64,000 bases of DNA, from positions 52,058 to 116,057 of the forward strand of contig CAZQNA010000007.1 in NCBI GenBank assembly GCA_964594835.1, given 5' to 3'. The stretch is from an uncultured Nitrososphaerota archaeon (GTDB lineage Archaea; Korarchaeota; Korarchaeia; Korarchaeales; Korarchaeaceae). The stretch's first letter is position 1. Every line of letters begins with the position of its first letter. The translations under genes and the position numbers were made by a program. Under the pieces are notes generated by a model. It worked only from the letters and a program-made list of their open reading frames with translations. It searched no databases and was not told where the DNA came from. Below are positions 1-9,882 of this stretch, piece after piece.

Positions 1-182
1 CTCCCTCTGGTGCTGTCTGGGCAGCTGGGGGAGGTGCCTGGCCAGACCGGCCACTGCTATCTCGGCGACCACGATTCTCGGGTCGGAGCTGGTGTCGTGG
101 CTCATCGGCGAGTCTCGGCTGGCCAGGAAGCTAAAACCACTCGGGTCTGGGGGCCGCCCTCCAGAGGCAAGGCGCGCGTCGG

Positions 183-237
183 CGGTAATACCCAAAGTCC
201 CAAAATGGTAGACTTAAATTACACGATCGGTAATACC
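183..237 (+). promoter_or_regulatory. vapBC promoter with two CGGTAATACC boxes flanking a TATA element
   Basis: CGGTAATACC at 183-192 and 228-237, containing the near-palindrome GGTA-A-TACC; TTAAAT at 214-219 lies ~26 nt before ATG 245. Confidence 0.6.
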
Positions 238-244
238 AAAAGAG

Positions 245-472
245 ATGTCGGAGGTCGTCAGCTTCAAGGTCCCCAGGGAGATCAAGGAGAAGATGCGGAG
301 GTACTCCGGGAGGATCAAGTGGAGTGAGGAACTCAGGAGGTTCGTGACAGAGAGGATCAGAGAGCTGGAGAGGGAGGAGAATCTGATGAAGGTGGTTGAG
401 ACCATAGAGTCGACGAGGGGAGTCCCCAGGGGATTTTCGGCGGGGGCCGTTCGGGAGGACAGGGACGCTTGA
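245..472 (+). CDS. VapB-type antitoxin (ribbon-helix-helix)
   Basis: 75 aa; VVSFKVPREIKEKM..WSEELRRFV RHH pattern; overlaps the downstream PIN gene by 4 nt. Confidence 0.85.
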   Translation: MSEVVSFKVPREIKEKMRRYSGRIKWSEELRRFVTERIRELEREENLMKVVETIESTRGVPRGFSAGAVREDRDA

Positions 473-867
473 ACGTGATTGACGCCTCCGCGCTGGCCAA
501 GTTCGTCCTGAAGGAGGAGGGGTGGAGGGGGGTAATCCCATTTCTGAAGAGGGCCGAGTCGGTCGATCACGCCCTGAAGGAGGTTGCCAACGCGATCTGG
601 AAGGCGCGGAGGAGGGGATTCATAGGGGACGAGGACGCGTCCAAGAAGTTTGAGGCCCTCCTTGCCCTGGCCGCGGGGAACCTCGAACTCGTGGACGAGT
701 CCGACCTCCTTCCGGCCGCCTTCGACCTCGCGATGGCCAGGGGGATCACGGTCTACGACGCCCTCTACGTGTCCCTGGCCAAGAGAGACGGTCTGCCCCT
801 CGTGACGTCGGACGAGGTCCAGGGCAAGGTGGCTCGAGGGCTGGGTGTGAGGGTCATCCTCGTGTGA
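469..867 (+). CDS. vapC: VapC PIN-domain toxin
   Basis: VIDASAL, EVANAIW, ITVYDALYVSLA and LVTSD PIN motifs. Confidence 0.92.
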   Translation: MNVIDASALAKFVLKEEGWRGVIPFLKRAESVDHALKEVANAIWKARRRGFIGDEDASKKFEALLALAAGNLELVDESDLLPAAFDLAMARGITVYDALYVSLAKRDGLPLVTSDEVQGKVARGLGVRVILV

Positions 868-895
868 GCGGGATAGGACCCGGACGCGGCTCCGT

Positions 896-2314
896 TCAGC
901 CGGAGGTCAGCCTGCGCGCGATCCCCTCGTACCTCCTCTGGGCGGCCTCCCTCCATATCGACGTCATCCTCGACGCGAAGGCGGGGTCGTCCCTCATCCT
1001 CCAGTTTATGGAGGCCGCGTACTCCTCGGTGAACGTGAGGACGGTTCCGTTCTCCTCCCAGCTGATCGGCCTGCCCAGCTCCCACCACAGCTCCTCGAAC
1101 TCCTCCCGGCTTATCCTCCCGGACTCCAGGGCCCTCACCATCGCCGACCATGCCGAGACGAGGGCGTCGTGCGGGTCGCAGAGGACTGCGTCGAAGTAGT
1201 AGGCGGTCGCGAAGTAGCTCATCCTGGCCCTGGTCTCGTTGAACCTGATCCCCACGTTGCCGAGGATCATCTCCTGCGCCGCCTTGAGGTCAGGCCTCTC
1301 GCGGCCCTCGGGCGTGTCGAAGACCTCGGTCCTCACCGGCAGCCTGTTCACCCTGCGGTCCAGCCATATCCTCTGGCCGTCAACCGAAAGTATCCATCGG
1401 ATGAACGCCAGCGCGGCCTCCCTGTTCTGGCAGGTCCTCAGCAGGGACACGGGATCCCCGCCGACGATGGACTCGTTGTATGGCACCACGTACCTCACGC
1501 CGGGCCTCTCCACCTGGGCCGTGTACCCGTAGAAGTCTATCCCGATGGCTATCGGCACCTCGTCCGCCTCGAGGGCAGAGAGGGCCTCCACCGACCCTCC
1601 GTAGGGCCTTCCATTTGCGGCCATGCCGGTCAGAACGACCCAACCCCGCTCCCAGCCGAACTTCTGCAGGATTATCTGGTAGATCCTCGTGTGGGAGCCC
1701 GACTGGGTGGACCTGGAGAACGCGACGGCGGGCTTAGGGAGCAGCTTCGCCAGCTCCGGGCTGGCCAGGTCCTCCCATAGCCTGGGCGAGGGCAGGCCGT
1801 ACTCCTCCAGCATGGGCTCGTTCACGATGATCCCGAAGGAGGACATCGAGGTTGCGACCCACAGCAGCCGACCCTGGGGGTCGAACCTCTTGAGAGGCAT
1901 CCCCCCAACGCTGTCCGGGATGTGTGAGGCCTCCTGAAGCGCGACCTCGTCCTCTATGGGCAGGAGGTAGCCGTCTTCGGCCAGAATATTGTGCGCCGTC
2001 GGCCCGCCGCCCCAGGCCACGTCCAGGTAGCCGAGTCGATCTATCGTGTCCCTCCAGAGGGCTGGATTCGGCTTGATGAACACCACGTCGACCACGCCAG
2101 CCTCCCTCGCGAAGGTGGAGTTGAGGAAGGCCTCCCTCGCTATCATGAGCGTGGTGGCGTCGTGCCTCGTCAGCACGTGGAGGACGGCGCCGCCCCCCTC
2201 CCTCTCACGATCGCCGAGCTCTCCGGAGACCCAGAGGGACAGGGCCGCCGCGGCGAGCAGGGCGACCAGCGCCACCACGGCCACGGCCGAGGATCTCACG
2301 GGGTCCGTTAACAC
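896..2314 (-). CDS. ABC transporter substrate-binding protein (Fe3+/AfuA-like cluster D), membrane anchored
   Basis: N-terminal hydrophobic anchor; DVAWGGG, WEDLASP, SGSHTRIYQIILQKFGWERGW, IDFYG motifs. Confidence 0.85.
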   Translation of the reverse strand: MLTDPVRSSAVAVVALVALLAAAALSLWVSGELGDREREGGGAVLHVLTRHDATTLMIAREAFLNSTFAREAGVVDVVFIKPNPALWRDTIDRLGYLDVAWGGGPTAHNILAEDGYLLPIEDEVALQEASHIPDSVGGMPLKRFDPQGRLLWVATSMSSFGIIVNEPMLEEYGLPSPRLWEDLASPELAKLLPKPAVAFSRSTQSGSHTRIYQIILQKFGWERGWVVLTGMAANGRPYGGSVEALSALEADEVPIAIGIDFYGYTAQVERPGVRYVVPYNESIVGGDPVSLLRTCQNREAALAFIRWILSVDGQRIWLDRRVNRLPVRTEVFDTPEGRERPDLKAAQEMILGNVGIRFNETRARMSYFATAYYFDAVLCDPHDALVSAWSAMVRALESGRISREEFEELWWELGRPISWEENGTVLTFTEEYAASINWRMRDDPAFASRMTSIWREAAQRRYEGIARRLTSG

Positions 2315-2552
2315 GAAACAATCGTATTAGTGTTATCCTCTGGGGGTCCGCGAGGTTGGGGCGCTTAGCCGCGGCCGAGGGGACGGGCCGGGGGCCAGGG
2401 GCCCGGCGTCGGCGCTCGGCGTGAGCATCTCGTGCATCGTCTCTTGACGGCTGCGGCGAGCCTTCACGGCGAGTTGAGTTTCCTTCCGGTCTCAGTGTGG
2501 CCAGGGCCGTCGGAGATCCTCACTTTAAATGAAGCGCGCGGCTGGGGGAGGT

Positions 2553-3395
2553 ATGGTCTTCAGGGACGAGCGGGGGAGGCTCTACCACATAGGGGCGGGG
2601 GAGGGAGACGTCGCTGGCAGGGTGCTCATGCCCGGCTCCAGGGTCAGGGTCAAGAAGATCGCCGATCTGCTGAGCGGAGCGAGGGTTGTGCACGACGGGA
2701 GGTTCCTCCTCATCACGGGGGAATACGAGGGGGTTCCCGTCTCGGCGGTGGACACGGGGATCGGACCCTCTTCCGCCGCGATAGTGGTGAGGGAGGTGCT
2801 CGAGGCCCTGGACCTATCCGAGGGAGACGCCGTGCTGATCAGGCCCGGGACCTGCGGATCTCTCCAGCCCTGGGTTCACGTCGGCGACCTGGTGGTGTCC
2901 ACCGGGGTCGTGGCCCAGGACGGCGTCACCCCGAAGATCGCGGGAGAGAGGTTCCCACTCTTCACCGACCCCGGCGTCACCGAGGCCCTGATCGAGGCGG
3001 CCGTCGACCTGGGGTACGTTCCGGGAGAGAACCTACACGTTGGAGTGACGCACGCGAAGGACGCCCTGTACGAGGTCGAGGAGGCACCGGCCGCCGCGGA
3101 GCCCTGGGAGGCGGAGAGGTACCTGGAGTACCTCAGGAGGATGGGGGTCCTGATCACCGAGATGGAGCTGGGCACGCTCGTCGCGGTGGCCGCGCAGTAC
3201 AACGCCAGGCTGGCCGAGGCGGGCACTCCGCACAGGGTGAGGGTCGGCGGCGTGTTCCTGTCGGTCTCGCCCGTCAAGGGCGCGGAGGAGGAGACCCAGT
3301 TCGAGAAGCCCCCTCAGGAGGATCTGATCAGGGTGGCTCTTGAGGCGGCCGTCCGGGCCGACCAGAGGAGGCCCGAGTGGATAAGCTACAGGTGA
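2553..3395 (+). CDS. Nucleoside (uridine) phosphorylase
   Basis: LYHI, TGIGPSS, IRPGTCG and EME motifs; ATG 2553 follows a GGAGGT RBS. Confidence 0.85.
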   Translation: MVFRDERGRLYHIGAGEGDVAGRVLMPGSRVRVKKIADLLSGARVVHDGRFLLITGEYEGVPVSAVDTGIGPSSAAIVVREVLEALDLSEGDAVLIRPGTCGSLQPWVHVGDLVVSTGVVAQDGVTPKIAGERFPLFTDPGVTEALIEAAVDLGYVPGENLHVGVTHAKDALYEVEEAPAAAEPWEAERYLEYLRRMGVLITEMELGTLVAVAAQYNARLAEAGTPHRVRVGGVFLSVSPVKGAEEETQFEKPPQEDLIRVALEAAVRADQRRPEWISYR

Positions 3396-3408
3396 GCCCG
3401 TGAAGGGC

Positions 3409-4266
3409 TCACAGGACTGACGCCACCAGGGCCGCCAGCAGGACAATTCCCAGGTAGGAGTTCGCCACCTTGAAGGCCCTGAGGGCCGCGCCCGGAGAGG
3501 GATCCCTGGCGAAGGACCCGGTGGCCCAGAGCAGGACCGCCGAGGCCGCGGCCACCACAGCCTCGTACCAGGTTCCCAGCCCGGCCACGAACCCGAGGTA
3601 GAGCGCCAGGGCGGACGTGCCGACCGCGCAGGCGAGGGTGGCCAGGGCCGACCTCTTGGGGCCCCAGACGACCGGCAGCATGGGGACCCCGGCCCTGGCG
3701 TAGTCGTCGGCGTAGTGGGTGGCCAGGGTCCAGATGTGCTCCGGGATCCAGAGCATGACCAGCGCAGCGAACAGGAGCCCCCCGAGCCCGAGGGTGCCGG
3801 TCGCCGCGGCCCAACCCGCCAGGGCGGGCGCAGCCCCGGCCACGCCTCCGAATATGACAGACCAGGGCGTCCTCCTCTTCATCGCCACCGTGTAGACGAA
3901 TATGTCGAAGGCGAAGCCCATGGCCACTACGCCAGCCACGAGGGCGTTCAGCTTCAGCGACGTGAGGACGCCCAGGGCGAAGAGAGCCAACCCGAGCGCG
4001 ACCGCCCTGTGGGGCGGATCTATCTCTCCGCTCGGGAGGGGGCGACCGGAGGTCCTCCTCATGGCGGCGTCGATGTCCCTGTCGAAGTACATGTTGACCG
4101 CCGTCGTCCCGGCGACGGCCATCCCCACCCCCAGAACGTAGATAAGGGCCCTCTGAAGGCCGACTGATCCCGAACCCCCCACAATCATGGGGACAACGCC
4201 GGAGAACACTAGGAGGGAAGTCTGCTTCAGCTTGAGGAGCCTGACGTAGCTGGATGCCGCCCCCAT
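3409..4266 (-). CDS. ctaB: Protoheme IX farnesyltransferase (heme o synthase)
   Basis: NMYFDRDIDAAMRRTSGRPLPSG, YTVAMKRRT, WIPEH, DDYARAGVPMLP motifs. Confidence 0.93.
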   Translation of the reverse strand: MGAASSYVRLLKLKQTSLLVFSGVVPMIVGGSGSVGLQRALIYVLGVGMAVAGTTAVNMYFDRDIDAAMRRTSGRPLPSGEIDPPHRAVALGLALFALGVLTSLKLNALVAGVVAMGFAFDIFVYTVAMKRRTPWSVIFGGVAGAAPALAGWAAATGTLGLGGLLFAALVMLWIPEHIWTLATHYADDYARAGVPMLPVVWGPKRSALATLACAVGTSALALYLGFVAGLGTWYEAVVAAASAVLLWATGSFARDPSPGAALRAFKVANSYLGIVLLAALVASVL

Positions 4267-4348
4267 TCCGGATCGGTGTCCGCGGGGGAGCCGCGTAAAA
4301 TAGTTCTACCCAAGGTGGAGGAGGTTCCAGGAGAGGTATCTCGACCGT

Positions 4349-4885
4349 TCAGCCCCTCTGGCCGGCTCCGGACCCGCCCCCCTCGACCTCCCTGGACCTC
4401 AGCCTCGACATCCTCTCCTTGATCTCCTCGAGGATCTCTAGGTACTCCCTCTTCAGTATCTCCCTCACCTCCTCGTCCTCGACCGCCCCGGGAGCGCCGA
4501 CCACCCTGAGCCTCTCGAGCACCCTCTCCCTCTCGGCCTCCAGCTCCGCGAGGTCGACTCGGCTCAGGTAGAACCTCATGGCCTCGTTCATCACCTGCCC
4601 CACGGTCCTGCCAGTCTCGGCCGCCAGGTCCCTTATCCTCTCGTACAGCCTCCTGTCGAGCCCCCTGATGGGTATGGGCCTCCTCATCACCACCTCCTCC
4701 GGCCCCGTCCTGACCTCGACGGTCGTTCCCGGCGTGATTATGGACATTCTGGCGGCCTTCTTGGCCGCCCTAGACAAGCTCCTCGTCAGGCTCTCCTCTA
4801 TGACCTCTGAGAGACGCTCAAGCTTCTTGCTGAGCTCCTCCATCCTCCTCTCGAACTCCTCCCAGTCGGCCTCCGACCCGACCAT
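4349..4885 (-). CDS. Hypothetical coiled-coil protein with central RHH-like DNA-binding segment
   Basis: IRGLDRRLYERIRDLAAETGRTVGQVMNEAMRFYL between coiled coils; TATA-like TTATAT upstream on the minus strand. Confidence 0.6.
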   Translation of the reverse strand: MVGSEADWEEFERRMEELSKKLERLSEVIEESLTRSLSRAAKKAARMSIITPGTTVEVRTGPEEVVMRRPIPIRGLDRRLYERIRDLAAETGRTVGQVMNEAMRFYLSRVDLAELEAERERVLERLRVVGAPGAVEDEEVREILKREYLEILEEIKERMSRLRSREVEGGGSGAGQRG

Positions 4886-4931
4886 CGTATATCGTATAAC
4901 AGTATAACGCAGGGAGAATATAAGCCTTCCC

Positions 4932-6140
4932 TCAGGCCCGTGGCAGGACCCCCAGGGCGAGGAGGAGGGATCCGGTGGTCACGGCATCTGCAAGGGAGCT
5001 CTCTATGGGGTTGACGAAGTTGTCCGGGTCCAGCCCCATCCTGAAGGTCAGCGCGGCCACGACCAGGGCTATGAGGACTATAGAGGCCGTCGCCACGAGC
5101 CCGCTGATTCCTATCAGGGAGGCGAGCCAGCCAAGCCCCCGGGACCCCTCGCTCGCGGCCGCTACTATTCCGAAGGCCTGGGAGGCAATGAGCCACGCGG
5201 TCCACGTGCCCGCGGCCTCGGGCGCGACGTCCACGAGCATCCCCGGCCCCGGCCGCGCCGTGCCCAGGGCGAGCCTGGTCGTGGCGACGGAGCCTACTAT
5301 GGACCCGAAGTCACCCACCATCGTTAGCAGGGCTGGATACACGATGTAGACCGATCGGAGAGCTCCTATCTCCCGCTCAACCCTCAGGAGGAGGTTCCCG
5401 GTCAGCGCCACGATCAGCGACACCCCCGCGATGGACACGGAGGCCTCCCTCACCACCCTCCTGTACTCCGGGCTCCTAGCCATCAGCGCCATCAGCAGCA
5501 GGGTTGCCCCGACGAAACCCAGGGTCAGCGCCAGGACGACCTTCCTCCCCAGTCCCCCAGACAGGAACAGCCGGAGGACGGCCACGTACGAGGCGCTGAC
5601 CACGAGGTCCGCGACGGTGCTCATGCTGGGATAGGTGACGTAGTCGGGGTCCAGCCCCAGCCTGAAGAACGCGAACGATGCCAGCGAGGTTGTCGGAGCC
5701 ATGACGAGCTGGGACACGCCCATCGATGCCGTTATGACGGGCAGCAGGTCTCCCAATAGATCCACCCCGCCCAGCCCGCCTAGGATCAGGGAGAGGCCCA
5801 GCGTGAGGGTGAGGGAGCCCGACGCGAGCAGAGTCAGCGTGAACGCCGCGGAGATCGTGGCCCAGAAGTCCTCGGTGTTCTCCCTCAGGGAAGGCCTGAT
5901 CGAGCCCAGGTTGAGCCCGGTGCTCAGCCTACCGGAGAGGACGCCGTTCACGGCCCCCCTGGCGCTGAGCATGCCCGGGTAGATGGCCACCGCCCAGGGG
6001 ATCGACCTCATCACGCCCAGGTTGGCCGCCAGGACGCCACCGGCCACTAGGTCTCCGAGGCCGAAACTCATCGCTATGGCCCCCCTCGCCAGCGCCTTGA
6101 CGTACCGCTGCAGGCCCTCTGGAAGTCGCTTGAACGTCAA
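4932..6140 (-). CDS. MgtE-family (SLC41-like) divalent cation transporter, duplicated membrane domain
   Basis: Two repeats: RLSTGLNLG...GLDPDYVTYP and RLALG...GLDPDNFVNPIESSLAD; start inferred at TTG 6140 after GGGGAG. Confidence 0.85.
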   Translation of the reverse strand: MTFKRLPEGLQRYVKALARGAIAMSFGLGDLVAGGVLAANLGVMRSIPWAVAIYPGMLSARGAVNGVLSGRLSTGLNLGSIRPSLRENTEDFWATISAAFTLTLLASGSLTLTLGLSLILGGLGGVDLLGDLLPVITASMGVSQLVMAPTTSLASFAFFRLGLDPDYVTYPSMSTVADLVVSASYVAVLRLFLSGGLGRKVVLALTLGFVGATLLLMALMARSPEYRRVVREASVSIAGVSLIVALTGNLLLRVEREIGALRSVYIVYPALLTMVGDFGSIVGSVATTRLALGTARPGPGMLVDVAPEAAGTWTAWLIASQAFGIVAAASEGSRGLGWLASLIGISGLVATASIVLIALVVAALTFRMGLDPDNFVNPIESSLADAVTTGSLLLALGVLPRA

Positions 6141-6354
6141 CTCCCCATTTTGAAGCACCCCTGGGCATCTCCAGAGCCCAACCGGTTCCCTCGAAATAAA
6201 AGTGTAGCCGACGGAATTGAGGGAGGTCTCACAGCCTGCCGGGCCGATCTGGAGAATCCTACCAGCCGAGTTGCCTGCAGAGGTCAAAAGCCGATAGGGC
6301 GGGCAGCTGGGTAAGCTTTTCAGAGGGAGGGAAAGCGGACTCTCAGGTGTCGGG

Positions 6355-7296
6355 TTGGAGAAGGGGGGGTTCGGTAAGGGGGAAGACCTTCTGGAGGGGG
6401 CCATACTCGAGCTGTCGGCTAAGCTGAAGAAGGGAGTCTTGGAAGATGATTTCCTTGAATTGTCTAAAATGTTTGATTCATTAGAAAATAGAATGTTTAA
6501 CTGGTTAAATAGTTTTGTATTCTACGAGTTCGCGGGCATCTTGCTCTCCCGAATCCCCACGATCGCCTCTGTAGTGGATGTGGGGTGCTCCTCTGGCCGG
6601 GGCATTGCCGTAATCGCTTCAGAATGTTCAAGGTGTAAAATACTCGGCGTAGACATAGACGCCAGGGCGCTGCAGTCTGCCTCCCGGACCCTACAGCCAC
6701 TATTCGATCGAGGTAGGATCGACCTGATGCTGGGGGACTTCACCGACCCAAATCTGGGAGGAAGGCTGCTTGGGAAATACGGGCCCTTTTCAGCGGCGGT
6801 TTGCTTTGAGGTAATTGAGCACGTCACCAGAGAGGGATCAAGGATTCTCCTCGAGAACCTGAGACGCATCTTGGATGACGAGGGATACCTGCTCATATCC
6901 ACGCCCAATAGGCCAGTCTACGATACAATAGCCTATACTGAAGGTCACATTAATGAGATGACTGTCGAGGAGTTTGTGGATCTCTTGGAGGAGTCTGGGC
7001 TCAGCGTAGTCAGGCTTTACGGTCTGTACAGATATTCCCCCACCCTCCTGAGGACACTCTGGAGGTTTGGGCTGATAGCCAGGTCAGGCGACCAACCCGT
7101 CCACGTTGACCCCCTCAAGAGGGTCCTGAGGATACTTCTCCTGGCCTCCATGTGTCCTAGACGGTTCCTGGCCAACGTGCTGAAGAAACTCAGTACTCGG
7201 ACATACCTCTCCGTGGCCCTCCCTCTGGCGATGCCAAACGACGACCCCAACAACTCCGCCTTCGTCCTTGCCGTGGCTCGAAAGCAGGGAGAATAA
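6355..7296 (+). CDS. Class I SAM-dependent methyltransferase (glycan-cluster type)
   Basis: VVDVGCSSG, GVDID, FEVIEHV, LISTPN; A/T-richer than the flanks; start uncertain. Confidence 0.85.
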   Translation: MEKGGFGKGEDLLEGAILELSAKLKKGVLEDDFLELSKMFDSLENRMFNWLNSFVFYEFAGILLSRIPTIASVVDVGCSSGRGIAVIASECSRCKILGVDIDARALQSASRTLQPLFDRGRIDLMLGDFTDPNLGGRLLGKYGPFSAAVCFEVIEHVTREGSRILLENLRRILDDEGYLLISTPNRPVYDTIAYTEGHINEMTVEEFVDLLEESGLSVVRLYGLYRYSPTLLRTLWRFGLIARSGDQPVHVDPLKRVLRILLLASMCPRRFLANVLKKLSTRTYLSVALPLAMPNDDPNNSAFVLAVARKQGE

Positions 7297-7307
7297 CAAT
7301 CGGCCCT

Positions 7308-8903
7308 TCACTCCCCACCGTAGAGCATCCTATCTATGAGCTTGAACAGCCCGTAGAAGTTCCGGATGATTACCCCCGGAGTCAGAGCCTTGAACACGCC
7401 TACGAGCTTATCCCTACTCAGCAGCCCCAGCCTCGCCAAGAGCTTGGAACTCGTGAGTACCAAGAGGGGAACCCCGACAAACCAAGGTATTCTAAGGAGC
7501 CAGATGGCTGCCCCAACGGTGGATGGAATTCCGACGAAGGCGGCGAGCCTCCTATCTGCGACGCTCAGCCCCGCCAGCCTCTGCAGGAGGATGGAGAACA
7601 TGAGTCCCGAGAGCCCTCCACTCATGTAGGCGAGGGCAGCCCCCATACCACCCAGCCGCGGAGTCAGGTGGAGGTAGAGCCCAATCCTCGGGAGAGTCTG
7701 AGAGAGCCCCAGGAAGGCCACTTGCGAATACATGTCCCTGGAGTATATCAGGGAGAGTAAGACAGAGGTCACTGACAGGGGGACTATGGTGGCGGCGAGC
7801 ACCCTCAGAACCCCAACGCTCTCCAGATACTCTCTACCCAAGAATCCCAGGGGGACCTCCGGGTAAATGATCAGGGATACGGATGCAAGAGTGGACACAT
7901 AGGATGCTATCCTCAAGATCTCCCTAGAGAACACCTCATCCTCCCGTCTACCGCTGAATACCGGAACGAGCAGGTTCACTAGGATGGTTGGGAGGGAAGC
8001 AAGGGCCGCGACTACCGCATAAGCGGCATAGTATGTTCCAGCCTCTGAGCTCCCCGAGAAGCTATACACTACCAGCACGCCGAGATTCTGCCCCACCATA
8101 CTGATCGCCGATGGAAGCCACACAGGGAGACCCGCTCGGAGGAGTTGAGTGAGACTCCTGAGGGAGGGTGAGACAAGCTTCCTCACCAGACCCCTGGCGC
8201 CGTAGGCAAGTCCAACGAACGTGATGAGGTGCGCCGAGATCTGGCCAATGAGGGCTCCCTCCCATCCCATCCCGGCCGCTACGAGCCACGCCCCGATTGT
8301 CAGCTTTCCAAGCCCTCCTAAGAAGTAGGAAATCGCTAGCTCCTTGGTTCTCAAGTATGAAATGAGAAGCGAGTCAAGGATTGAAACGGAACTCGTTAGG
8401 AGGAGTATGCTGGCAAACTTCACTTGGATGGAGCTAAACCTGAGGGAGGCCACTCCTCCCCCCACGAGCAATATGAGGAGAGAGCTCGCTAAGGATCGGA
8501 TCAATAGAAGGAAGAGGATCGCCGTCCAGAAGTATTCTGATACAAGCTCTTCGTCGTCGCGGGAGATCGCCTCTCCCAGAAACCTTCTTAGTGCCCCTAT
8601 CACGCCGAAGGAGAGCGTTCCTGAAACTAGGATTGCAAGATTGAACACCGCGCTGGCCGATCCGACAACGTCAGCGCCCCCAACCCTGGAGACGACGACC
8701 CAGTACAGGTAACCGATCAGACTCACGCCGACAGACCTAACGTAAAGCCAAAGGCCACCCCTTACCACGTTGATGAAGCTATAGATTTCATCGCTTCTGC
8801 TCTCTCCACTTTCTGCATCCCTGTCAGTTAGGGATTCCGGCACAGCCCAGACACCTCTGTCGACGCCAGGGTCAGATGCGAAGGACCGAAAATTAAGGGT
8901 CAT
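7308..8903 (-). CDS. Wzx-like oligosaccharide flippase / polysaccharide biosynthesis protein
   Basis: About 12-14 hydrophobic segments; EAGTYYAA and LTPRLGGMGAALA typical of MOP/Wzx exporters. Confidence 0.8.
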   Translation of the reverse strand: MTLNFRSFASDPGVDRGVWAVPESLTDRDAESGESRSDEIYSFINVVRGGLWLYVRSVGVSLIGYLYWVVVSRVGGADVVGSASAVFNLAILVSGTLSFGVIGALRRFLGEAISRDDEELVSEYFWTAILFLLLIRSLASSLLILLVGGGVASLRFSSIQVKFASILLLTSSVSILDSLLISYLRTKELAISYFLGGLGKLTIGAWLVAAGMGWEGALIGQISAHLITFVGLAYGARGLVRKLVSPSLRSLTQLLRAGLPVWLPSAISMVGQNLGVLVVYSFSGSSEAGTYYAAYAVVAALASLPTILVNLLVPVFSGRREDEVFSREILRIASYVSTLASVSLIIYPEVPLGFLGREYLESVGVLRVLAATIVPLSVTSVLLSLIYSRDMYSQVAFLGLSQTLPRIGLYLHLTPRLGGMGAALAYMSGGLSGLMFSILLQRLAGLSVADRRLAAFVGIPSTVGAAIWLLRIPWFVGVPLLVLTSSKLLARLGLLSRDKLVGVFKALTPGVIIRNFYGLFKLIDRMLYGGE

Positions 8904-9047
8904 TAACCTTTCCCAGCAGAACTTCCACCTCCGGACTCTCCGGTTAACGGTCCTTGGCGAGTTCGAAGGTGCCCCTGTACGATTGCTGAGTTCCCCAGAG
9001 CCCCCGTAGTCCGTCGTCTTGGCGTCAGCGCCTTGATCGGCTGGAGG

Positions 9048-9830
9048 CTACATTCGATTCGAGACGACCGTGGAGACCCGCCCCGCGGTTATCCCTCCAT
9101 CCACGACGTACACGGCTCCAGTGACGTACGACGACAGGTCAGAGGTCAGGAAGAGGATGACCCTGGCCACCTCCTCCGGATTCGCTATCCTGCCGAGCGG
9201 CACCAGTCTCGAGAAGTCCCTGTAGGCCTCCTCACTTGGGGCGATCCCCCTCAGCATGGGCGTGTCGGTGAGGCCGGGGCAGACCGCGTTAACCCTGACG
9301 CCTTTGTCCGCCACCTCCAGGGCCAGCGCCCTTGTAAAGGCTACCACGGCAGCCTTGGAAGCGCAGTACGCCGTGCCCTTCGCGTACGGACTAATCCCGG
9401 CGGTGGAGCTCACGTTCACTATGCTCCCCCCTCCCATCTCGATCATGTGCGGGAGCACCGCCCTGGTCATGAGGAATGTGCCCCTGAGGTTGGTCGCTAT
9501 CACAGAGTCCCAGTCCTCGACGCTCAGCTCAGTCAGCGGGGCGGCGCGGTATATGCCGGCGTTGTTGACCAGCACGTCTATCCTTCCGTGGGCCTTGAGG
9601 ATCTCGCCGACCACCCTCTCGACGTCCCCCTCATTAGACACGTCTCCTCGGTGGAACGTCGCCTCAAAACCAGACTCTGCCAGGGCCCTGACGGACTCGA
9701 CGCCCCTCTCCCTAGACCTGCCGACCAGCGCCACCCTCGCGCCCTCCGAGGCGAGGAGCCTGGCCGTAGCGAGCCCAATACCGGAGGTCCCGCCGGTGAC
9801 CGCGGCAACCTTCCCATCGAGCAGTCCCAT
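9048..9830 (-). CDS. Short-chain dehydrogenase/reductase (FabG-like)
   Basis: TGGTSGIG, NNAG, YCASK, VNAVCPG motifs. Confidence 0.93.
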   Translation of the reverse strand: MGLLDGKVAAVTGGTSGIGLATARLLASEGARVALVGRSRERGVESVRALAESGFEATFHRGDVSNEGDVERVVGEILKAHGRIDVLVNNAGIYRAAPLTELSVEDWDSVIATNLRGTFLMTRAVLPHMIEMGGGSIVNVSSTAGISPYAKGTAYCASKAAVVAFTRALALEVADKGVRVNAVCPGLTDTPMLRGIAPSEEAYRDFSRLVPLGRIANPEEVARVILFLTSDLSSYVTGAVYVVDGGITAGRVSTVVSNRM

Positions 9831-9882
9831 GGCCCCACCCCGGTGAGGCCGTGGCGCTCCTATTCAACGCTTCCGGCTCCGC

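Noticed and set aside
1-210. Possible gene fragment at the window edge
   Set aside because: Frame and strand cannot be determined from the fragment.
6141-6404. N-terminal extension of the MgtE-like ORF
   Set aside because: Runs through the divergent promoter region into the methyltransferase gene; no family similarity.
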